DNA from: an uncultured archaeon
GTDB lineage: Archaea; Asgardarchaeota; Hermodarchaeia; Hermodarchaeales; Hermodarchaeaceae
Direction: 5' to 3'
Assembly (NCBI GenBank): GCA_964347045.1
Contig: CAYFXC010000009.1
Span: 58,267 to 122,266, forward strand
DNA: 64,000 nucleotides
Shown here: positions 1-8,200 of the stretch, one piece after another
Layout: every line of letters begins with the position of its first letter
Numbering within the stretch: position 1 is the first letter of the stretch
Position numbers and translations under genes: made by a program
Notes under the pieces: model-generated
Database searches by the model: none
Told to the model about the DNA's origin: nothing
The model's input: the letters and a program-made list of their open reading frames with translations, nothing else

Positions 1-78
1 AAAGCCTTCAGGAGAGCCTATGATAAATATAAAGAAATAACCAATAGTCAATAGTTCAGTGAAAGATAGAAACAGAAA

Positions 79-558
79 TCAATCAAGATAATTTTCGATG
101 AGGTAAAGGAGTTCTTCTTCCAACGTTGGAAGAATTTGAGGATTCTCAACGATTCGTGCAACTTCTGTACCATCCGGAGTATACAGAAGAATGGTTGGAA
201 TCGCAATTATGTTGAGAGAGTCTACTTCTGGAGGACTAGGCGGGACAGCCCAACGCCTATTCGAATTTAGAGGATCGGATTTGACTCCACCAAGGACATA
301 GATACGCATTCCTGTTGCTTCGGAGATGATATCTAACACTGGGATATTGACTATACAATCCTTACACCAATCTGCCCCAATCGCGACCACAATAAATTGA
401 TCTGCACTTCTTTTGATGGCTTCAAGAATATCGTGTTTGGGAGTGTATTCTGTACGTCTTGCTTCGTATTTAGAGCGAAAGTCTTTCGAACTAGTCTGCA
501 TGTACTCATCAATCGGTTTTGCACGTTCCAGCATTTCTGCAAATTGCTGAGTGTTCAT
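79..558 (-). CDS. Thioredoxin-fold protein (Thioredoxin_9-like)
   Basis: WCKDC redox motif after a beta strand; AIPT cis-Pro motif; C-terminal EVARIVENP..TLEEEL. Confidence 0.85.
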   Translation of the reverse strand: MNTQQFAEMLERAKPIDEYMQTSSKDFRSKYEARRTEYTPKHDILEAIKRSADQFIVVAIGADWCKDCIVNIPVLDIISEATGMRIYVLGGVKSDPLNSNRRWAVPPSPPEVDSLNIIAIPTILLYTPDGTEVARIVENPQILPTLEEELLYLIENYLD

Positions 559-591
559 CTGTCACTCATCCACTAAAGGTCCAATCGGTAG

Positions 592-1347
592 TTATAACGT
601 GATAATCTGAGTATCGCGGGGAACAATGATTTTGCCTGAGAATGAAGCTCGAATGCTCCGGAGAGCGTCACCCAGCTCTTCATCAAGTTCGGGGTACAAG
701 TGCATGATAACTAATGTTTTTACTTCTGCCTCAGTTGCTAATCTTCCAAGGTCACTTGGAGTTGTATGAGTGGTTGCTATTTCTTTCAAACGATCGGGAA
801 AAGAACACTCATGAATTAGCAAATCGGCTCCTTTCGCCGCTTTGACAACTTCTTTGGATGGGGCAGTATCTCCGGAATAAACAACGCGTTTACCCTCGGC
901 TTCAATGTGAAATCCGTATGCTTCAAAATCACCATGATCTACTGGGAAGGTTAAAACGTTCCAGTTCTTCGTTTTCACTTGAAAACCAGGCTCTAGTTGA
1001 TGATATTTGAACTTTATCTTATCTGATAGATACGGAAAAACTTCGTTAGTTACTTCAATTATTTTTTGCATGATTGAAGGAGCATAGATGTTCAAAGTCT
1101 TATCATAACCGGAAAGCCAGAGGCTCTGGATGAGGGGAAAGATATCTGAAACGTGATCGACATGTAAATGACTTATGAAGATGTGTTCAATTTTAGTAAT
1201 TTCCTGTAAGCTACAAGAAAGACGGTGAAGCACACCAGATCCTATGTCAAAAATAAGGGGTTCTCCAGCAATTTCCACCATTAATCCAGATGACACACGG
1301 TCAGGAGAAAGCAGCGAAGCCCCGCTGCCTAGAATCGTTACTTCCAT
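592..1347 (-). CDS. MBL-fold metallo-hydrolase, RNase Z/ElaC-like
   Basis: VTILGSG start, HLHVDH metal motif, YSGDT, LIHEC, H..P and MHLYP motifs. Start moved from the track's 1401 to ATG 1347 (MEVTILG). Confidence 0.85.
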   Translation of the reverse strand: MEVTILGSGASLLSPDRVSSGLMVEIAGEPLIFDIGSGVLHRLSCSLQEITKIEHIFISHLHVDHVSDIFPLIQSLWLSGYDKTLNIYAPSIMQKIIEVTNEVFPYLSDKIKFKYHQLEPGFQVKTKNWNVLTFPVDHGDFEAYGFHIEAEGKRVVYSGDTAPSKEVVKAAKGADLLIHECSFPDRLKEIATTHTTPSDLGRLATEAEVKTLVIMHLYPELDEELGDALRSIRASFSGKIIVPRDTQIITL

Positions 1348-1502
1348 TGGACTCGACCCCACACAGCTTGAAGTACTCACCCTTTTATCAACTTTGCCCA
1401 AAAGTAAAAAATTACCAATCTATTGAGATTAACTACGCAAAGTTGAAATAGCCTCGACTCGGATTAACAAAGGTAAGCGGAAGCTACCCTCAGGGGATCC
1501 GG

Positions 1503-2351
1503 ATGATACACTACGTCTATATCATCGACGCACGCGATGAAATTGTAGTCCAGAAAAAATTCTGGATTATCAATGTTAATGTCAAGGAAATGCAAGATTT
1601 TGCCAGCCGTGTAAAGGAAGCACAAGACACCATCATTGAAGAAATCGGCCCAATCAAATATATCGGCAAACCTCTGGGACGAGGAATTGTCGTTCTCTGT
1701 GCTGAAGGTGTCGACGATGACGATACTCTTCGGGAAAAACTTGATCGCGTCCATTATGAATTCCGTCGTGTTATCAGTTATGAAGTTGAATACGAAGCCT
1801 TTATGGACAAAGTTGATGACTACGTCACAACAACTCTTAAAGTCAGTATTATCGGTTATGGGGGTGTTGGGAAAACAACCCTTGTTACTCTTCTCAATGG
1901 CGGAGTCCCTCCAACAAGCTATGTTCCAACAATAGCTATTGACATTCAAAAAATCGAAGGTGCCCGTATCGGAACCTATGAAGTGAGTACTTGGGACTTT
2001 GCTGGGCAAGACCGATTCCGGAAACTTTGGGAACTCTATTTTCGTGGTAGCCGAATTATCCTTCTAGTTACGGATTCAACATTAGAAAACGTGCTAAATA
2101 GCAAAGACATTATAGACTTGATTCGGCGAAAGGATATCGCTGCTCAGTTACTTGCGATTGCGAATAAACAAGACCTTCCTGGCGCGTTATCTCCTCAACT
2201 AGTGCAGCGAATTTTAGGTATCAAAGCCTATGGCATGGTTGCCATTGATCCAAATAACCGCCAGAAGGCATTGGATATTATCAAGGAAGCTTTGAAGCTA
2301 GCTGCTCCTAGAGAACCGGTTGCACCGAAACCTGAAATGGTTTTTGAGTAA
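1503..2351 (+). CDS. Arf-like small GTPase with N-terminal longin-like domain
   Basis: G1 GYGGVGKT, G2 YVPTI, G3 WDFAGQ followed by RKLWELYF (Arf-type), G4 NKQD. The first ~110 aa (MIHYVYIID..., KLDRVHYEF) fit a longin-like pattern. Confidence 0.85.
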   Translation: MIHYVYIIDARDEIVVQKKFWIINVNVKEMQDFASRVKEAQDTIIEEIGPIKYIGKPLGRGIVVLCAEGVDDDDTLREKLDRVHYEFRRVISYEVEYEAFMDKVDDYVTTTLKVSIIGYGGVGKTTLVTLLNGGVPPTSYVPTIAIDIQKIEGARIGTYEVSTWDFAGQDRFRKLWELYFRGSRIILLVTDSTLENVLNSKDIIDLIRRKDIAAQLLAIANKQDLPGALSPQLVQRILGIKAYGMVAIDPNNRQKALDIIKEALKLAAPREPVAPKPEMVFE

Positions 2352-2413
2352 ATTCTTTCTCAAGCCTCCTATTCATAGGATGATAAACATTTTCTCAAGC
2401 TCAAGTTTTTCTT

Positions 2414-3409
2414 CTATCCTTTTTCTGTTTTAGTGTCGAAAAACTGTGTTAATGATGGTCGAGCAGGAGAATACTCCTTATCAATCTGTTTACTTTCAAT
2501 AAATTTCTTGATTTGGTTGGCTTCTTCTACGCGAAAATCTAGCCCGCTACGGTCAAAAGATTTCGATTCACAGATAATGCTCACCTTTTCCAAAAATCGT
2601 TGTTCACGAAGCACTGATAAAAACAGCTTCCAAGGAACCTTACTTCCACCATTTAATGGGGCATGGCGTACTTCTCCGCGCCGATTCGCATAGATACCCG
2701 AAATGTGTACTGGCAATCGCCATCGTGATAGGTCAATTGATTGCTCAATAAGTTCAAGCCGTCGAAGAATACCGTCTTCAGAAGTAACATCTCCGCCACG
2801 AGCGAAGTCATGAGCAAAATCCCAACAGAATAAACATCCAACATCACCTGCAACTGAACTTATTTCTTCAAAGCTCCCAAATCCAGCTGTTTTACCAGCT
2901 ACTTCAGGTGCAGGTACAGCAGATATTCCATCATTATCAATCTTGGCCATAATCTCTTTCAATCGCTGGGTTACTAGCTCTTTTACAATCGTTCCACGTT
3001 GTCGTGAACCAGGATGGAAGGTTACATGGGTTGCTCCAACCAAATCAGCCATATGTAAACAGCGCGTCAAATGAGCGCGACTGGTTCGGAGTTTTCCTTT
3101 TTCTTTTGTGGTTAAAGAAATAACATAGGGTCCATGAATGCTGACATGAAATTGTTTCAGTTGGTTCCCGATACTGGTCGCTCGTTCCTTTGCAGGATAA
3201 CCAGGTAGACCTCCCCGGGGATTTCCTAATACATTCGAAAGGCATAGAAGTTCAGCTGCACTGAGTTTTTCTGATTGTAGAAGCGTTGTTACCTTGCTAA
3301 TTACAACATCTGACGTGAAGGTGTTTAAAGGAAAGGCGGCCATTCCAACTATTACTCGTGGGGATTTAATCACTTTATTCTCGCCTAGTTTTGCCTTGTA
3401 CAAAAGCAC
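2414..3409 (-). CDS. nfo: Endonuclease IV / AP endonuclease 2 (TIM barrel), archaeal type
   Basis: SIHGPYVISL, VTFHPG, PEVAGK..FGSFEE, DFAHDFAR, HISGI..GE.RH, ICES motifs; C-terminal PIP-like PSLTQFF. True start may be GTG 3373. Confidence 0.8.
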   Translation of the reverse strand: MLLYKAKLGENKVIKSPRVIVGMAAFPLNTFTSDVVISKVTTLLQSEKLSAAELLCLSNVLGNPRGGLPGYPAKERATSIGNQLKQFHVSIHGPYVISLTTKEKGKLRTSRAHLTRCLHMADLVGATHVTFHPGSRQRGTIVKELVTQRLKEIMAKIDNDGISAVPAPEVAGKTAGFGSFEEISSVAGDVGCLFCWDFAHDFARGGDVTSEDGILRRLELIEQSIDLSRWRLPVHISGIYANRRGEVRHAPLNGGSKVPWKLFLSVLREQRFLEKVSIICESKSFDRSGLDFRVEEANQIKKFIESKQIDKEYSPARPSLTQFFDTKTEKG

Positions 3410-3475
3410 CTTTAAGTGTGCGGAATGTGCTTTAGCCTCTTGTTAGTTGAATACACTAACCTCTAATTAAATTCG

Positions 3476-3534
3476 AAAGGTTTATATTTGTGAACGATAA
3501 TATTCTAATTCAGAACGAAAAAATTCTATCGTTT
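3476..3534 (+). promoter_or_regulatory. BRE/TATA-like promoter followed by repeated operator-like sites
   Basis: gaaaggTTTATAttt, then GAACGAtAAtATTCTA (3492-3507) and GAACGAaAAaATTCTA (3513-3528), 21 bp apart, upstream of an HTH regulator. Confidence 0.5.
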
Positions 3535-3674
3535 AGAAAACGTCTCTAATCGTAATTTAACCGAGTGGAGTCGGATAAAATGAAAAAAATGGAAAACACT
3601 GAATGTTGCATCAAAGAAAAGATGTATGCTGAAATTTATCGATATCGACGAATATGTTAGGGGTTGGATTCAAG

Positions 3675-4397
3675 ATGTCTTGGTTTGGTAGAAGGAAAGA
3701 CAAAGATGAGAAAACAAAAGAGGAAATCCGCAAAAAGATGGAACGGCTCGAAGAACAAATGCAGGATTTGCGTAGACGTTTAGAGAAAGAAGGAAGAACA
3801 CCTCCTCGCGAAGAATATTCAACGGATTCTGATTCTCCTAAATCCTCCAAACGTTCTAAAGGTGTAAGGATTGAGTTTGATGAACAGGCATTTGGTGAGG
3901 AAATGGCTGAGTTTGGTCGGAATGTGGGTGCTGCCGGGAAAGAAATCGGGGAATACATAAAACTAGTTGTATCAGACGCTATGCGGGGAGCCAACCGGGC
4001 AATGCGGAGTGTTTTCATTGGTCCTGATGGAGCCGGTCTCAAAATAGATGAGAATGGTATTTCAATCGGTAAGTCTGCGGCAGAGGCGGTACAAAAAGTA
4101 CCAGCTATGGATGCCGAACGATTACTGGCTCCTCTTGCGAGCGCTGAACGAATTGATATTCTCTATTTGCTTGCAGAAGAACCCCGTTACCATCAAGATC
4201 TCATGGAGTTATCAGGGTTAAAACCGGGAACTCTTCCTCATCATCTTAAACAATTAGAAGAAGCTGGATATGTAACACAAGAAAGAGTTCGTGGGAGATA
4301 TCTCATCACTATCCCTGGTCGGATGGCACTAAAACTAGCAGAGTATCTTCATAACCAAATGGTATCAGGTATCGGAAAAGATACTAACGAAGCATAA
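3675..4397 (+). CDS. ArsR-family winged HTH regulator with N-terminal coiled-coil extension
   Basis: C-terminal LAPLASAERIDILYLL...GTLPHHLKQLEEAGYV...RGRYLIT..G wHTH; charged coiled-coil N-terminus. Alternative start 3654. Confidence 0.8.
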   Translation: MSWFGRRKDKDEKTKEEIRKKMERLEEQMQDLRRRLEKEGRTPPREEYSTDSDSPKSSKRSKGVRIEFDEQAFGEEMAEFGRNVGAAGKEIGEYIKLVVSDAMRGANRAMRSVFIGPDGAGLKIDENGISIGKSAAEAVQKVPAMDAERLLAPLASAERIDILYLLAEEPRYHQDLMELSGLKPGTLPHHLKQLEEAGYVTQERVRGRYLITIPGRMALKLAEYLHNQMVSGIGKDTNEA

Positions 4398-4412
4398 CGA
4401 GTGTGATCTAGA

Positions 4413-5051
4413 ATGAGTTTTTGTTCACCATGTGGTTATCGAAAAAAGGAGCTAGTGCTTGGCGCTTTAGCAGGTAAGGTTACCCATTCTACGGATATTG
4501 CGCGATCAGAGAAAGCCTTGCTTATTGTCAATGAAGGCACACTTTATTTTCCAATTTTTTATCAGAATAGGGAAGTAGGTGGGGTTTTCATTGGATCCGG
4601 GCAGGCCATCATTGATGCGATTGCTGAAACCCGACGGGGCGCCGTCGGGCAAAGTCATGATTTCCATTGGAATGGCAGTCTTCTCTTCTTTAGCGAAGAC
4701 GGTGAATGGGCACCGCCTAGCACCACCCTCATCAAAGATAAGGAATTACAAAAATTCTACCTAGATTCTATTGAAGACGCCGATCGCCGGGCAAATGAAA
4801 TTTTCACCAAGTTCTTAGAAAATAACCAAAACTGGTTTACTGATACATTTATCCAACGTCAGCATGGTTGGGTCGCAACTATCCTAGATACTCAGCATGG
4901 TAAATGTGGAGTTATTACGAGTGAAGATCGACTAATCTTTAAGAAAGGCGATTTAAAAGTCGTGATTAGTGGAAGCAAATTAGTTCAAATTGAAGGTCGT
5001 AAGAAAATCTTTGTCGCTGGAAGAGCTGGAAAAATTGTCCGCTTCGGATAA
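4413..5051 (+). CDS. Hypothetical beta-rich protein, co-transcribed with the ArsR regulator
   Basis: 212-aa ORF 15 bp after the ArsR stop, with SD-like gagtgtga; N-terminal CSPC. Confidence 0.7.
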   Translation: MSFCSPCGYRKKELVLGALAGKVTHSTDIARSEKALLIVNEGTLYFPIFYQNREVGGVFIGSGQAIIDAIAETRRGAVGQSHDFHWNGSLLFFSEDGEWAPPSTTLIKDKELQKFYLDSIEDADRRANEIFTKFLENNQNWFTDTFIQRQHGWVATILDTQHGKCGVITSEDRLIFKKGDLKVVISGSKLVQIEGRKKIFVAGRAGKIVRFG

Positions 5052-5076
5052 ATGTGCGTAGGCCCGGAGCGGACGC

Positions 5077-5110
5077 TCTTCCAATTTTTAACTTTTTACT
5101 AGTTCTTTTC
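5077..5110 (+). terminator. Putative terminator (short hairpin plus U-rich tracts)
   Basis: gagc-ggac-gctc followed by ttttt/ttttt/tttt tracts just after the 5051 stop. Confidence 0.4.
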
Positions 5111-5246
5111 ATAAAGTAGTACTACTAATGACTTCTCGCTTATTAGTGGAAGAGCTTTTGAGGAGGTACATCCATGAACAGACAAATTTCGTCTGCGCTT
5201 CTTTACTATATGTGTTGGCGAGTCGAGACTATAGGAGTATTACATT

Positions 5247-8200
5247 ATGGCGTCATTGGATCATCATAGCTTAGTGAAAGCATATCTTACGCTTTTTCAA
5301 GTCGCTCGGAATGACCTTGAAGAAATATCGAAGCATCTAACAAAAACAAAGGGGCAAGGTATTCAAGACATCTTGGAGCAAATTGCAGAATTACTCCAAC
5401 GAATTGAATCCGCATCAGAGTCCCCACAACTTGAAATTGAGGTTGCTCGATCAATTGCTCGAGACTTTGAAACCGTTGCCCAACGGTGGCGTGAACTTGA
5501 GCAATACTTTGCCGATGAGATTCATTATGATGATTATGTTTATCGTTCAGATGAAGAACGTGCTAAAGCCGCTGAGAATGCTTTGAGTATTATTCATGAG
5601 CAAGCACTAGAAGCGCTTGATGCGGCTGGAACAATGTTTGGTATTGCTCGTGAATGGCGACGTGCAGCAAAATGCTTTAGTACAGTGGTTCAGGTCCGAA
5701 AGGCAGAGGATTCTCCTCTTGCTGCATTACCAGCAATTATACGCGAATACCGCTGTTACGAGCAGCTTGATGATTTTGAGAATGTTTTAATTATTGGTCG
5801 GGCTATTCAAAAGCTTCTGAGTGGTGTCAGTGATGATCTCTCAGCTCAAGAAAGTGCAATGCTAATTGAAGCTGTTGAGTTCTTCCGAAAAACTGCAATG
5901 AGCGCAGTTTCAAACCGACAGAAAAATCCAGAAGTGAATATACCACTGGCCGCGATTTTCTTGTGGAATGAAGCCGAAGCTTTGTCCCTTGTTACCACAT
6001 CGGATGACGATACGGCGCTAAATCGCTTCAAAGCACTAGCAGAATTTTTCGAGCAGGTTGGAAAAGAAGAACTAGCTAAAGCCACGCCTTCAATTCAGCG
6101 GTTTGTTGCTAGCTATATGGAAGGTGCGTTTGCATATTTACGAATAACTCGTGATATTGAAGGATTCACAGTTAATGAGGCTAGACGACTAAGTCTTAAT
6201 CTCACACAATTTGCTGCTGATTTCATTCTAACCCTAATGGAGCGGCTTGGATACCAACGAGTAGCTGTTGTAGATGATTCTTCTAAAGCTGTAAAAGGGC
6301 TCATAGCCGTATTTGAAATGGTTAAACGTGGATATGAGGGATCAAAGGCATTTCAAGAACTAGCAAATCAAGCGGGCTCCATTCTTGTACAGGCTCAACA
6401 GCATCAGGATCAATCACTCATCGATTTTGCAATGATTTATCGGTGGCTCTGCGAAGGATCCGCACGTGGCTTGAACGTTATTTGTTTAAAACTAATAGCA
6501 GACCTCTACCGTATTGGCATAGTCAGTGATGTCCTAGATATTGGATCAAAGGAAGAACTCCGTAAAAAAATTCTTGATCTTTTTGTGATACCCGATCAGG
6601 ATGAATTATTTGATTTATTAATTGATGCAGAAGTCGAATTTGATGATGTCGTTGATTTGTTCAAAAGTTTGGAACTTTACTGGGTTGCCGCTATTTGCAA
6701 ACTTAATCAAGGACAACTTCGACAAAACCTAAGCTATCTTGAAGTAGAAACTGAACCACCTTCCTCACAAGAGCCTGTCGATGATGCTAAAGATGAACGC
6801 AAAGAACCCGATGCAATGCCTTTTTGGGGCGCAGCACCTTCTCGTGATTTCTCAAGTGCTGCAGAGTTGTTCTCCCTAGCATATCGACTCCAACGCGGTG
6901 TTGAACAAAGCAAAAAAGTCAAAGCGAGAGATACCTGGATCCCCAATCGAGATCCAGATGAGATTCGGAGACGTGCGGCCTACAGCAGTTGGTTAGCGGG
7001 ATTAGCAAATTTAGAAGAAGGAAATATCGAAGATGGTGGACGAAACCTATTTCGTGCAAAAAATGCTTATGAGTTGCTTGACCGTCATCACGAAGCGATT
7101 TCCTGTTTAGAGGTTTGGCTGCAACAACTAGTTGCTACCATTAGTGAGGATGATGGAAGCGGAGTTCGACCAACGCAGGCTCGCCTTCAAGAAGTGCTAA
7201 ACGTTTGCGATGAACTGGTTGGTTTATATTCGATTCGACGAATGACGCAAGAAACAGTGGATGATATCCTCAAAATTGTAGGATTTCTCCAGAGTCATGT
7301 TGGTTTGGAGAATTGGACGCTAGCTGTATTTCTCCGCGCTTTAGATTATACACGTGAAGCCCTCCAAATTGCTCACAGATTAAAAATCCCAGATGCTACA
7401 CTCGAAAAATTGCGATATCTCCGTGATGAGCTCAAAGAATTTCTGAATGGTGACTTTGCCATCGGGTTGTATCCTGATTTCGATACTGAAGCAATAATCT
7501 ACTTTGAAGCAGAGACACCTGTGAAACTAGCCGTTCTCAATATTTCTGAAAAAGAAGCTGTTAATCTGAGTATTCGTCCATTAGGCATTCTTCCCCATAT
7601 TTCCCCAAGTAGTACTCAACCATGGAAAGCCTCAAGGGATAAATCACAAGTTACGATGAAAAACTTCTATATCGGTTCAGATGACGATGCGTTTGAAATC
7701 AATGATAATATCTATTTTGAAAAACCTGCGGATGCATTTGGTCCAACTCGTCCTATCCCAGTAGTACTCACTAGTACAGCATCTCCAGATTTTGAACCAG
7801 TCTCGCCATCTGAGCAAATATCTGGAGAACAACCTTGGCTGGGAGTGATGTGGACAGGAGACTACAAAGGTATGCCACTCGGTACCCTCAAAGGAGCCAC
7901 GGAAGAAATAGTCACCTCTGAGACCACCATTTCAACTATTGATGATTTAATGCAAGCCGCGTTTTTCACTGTATTTACCAAGTCCGCACGTGAAGGGAAT
8001 ATCTTGCCTGGACAAGTATTCCCCGTAAGCTTTGGAATCTATCAAGCTGACACAAATAACCTATTAGCCATACAAACGCTATTTTTCAAAATTTCTAGCC
8101 GACCAAAAATCCTTAAGGCAGAAACTAATTGGGCAGATGAAATCGGAGACAAATGGGAAGAAAACTTTGGAATTACTTTCGAAGAAGGAGCTCATCTCCC

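Noticed and set aside
4400-5180. Selenoprotein (GTG TGA in frame before ORF 4413) with a SECIS-like ATGA stem near 5128
   Set aside because: GTGTGA is better explained as the SD sequence, and the stem lacks the GA quartet partner on its 3' side.
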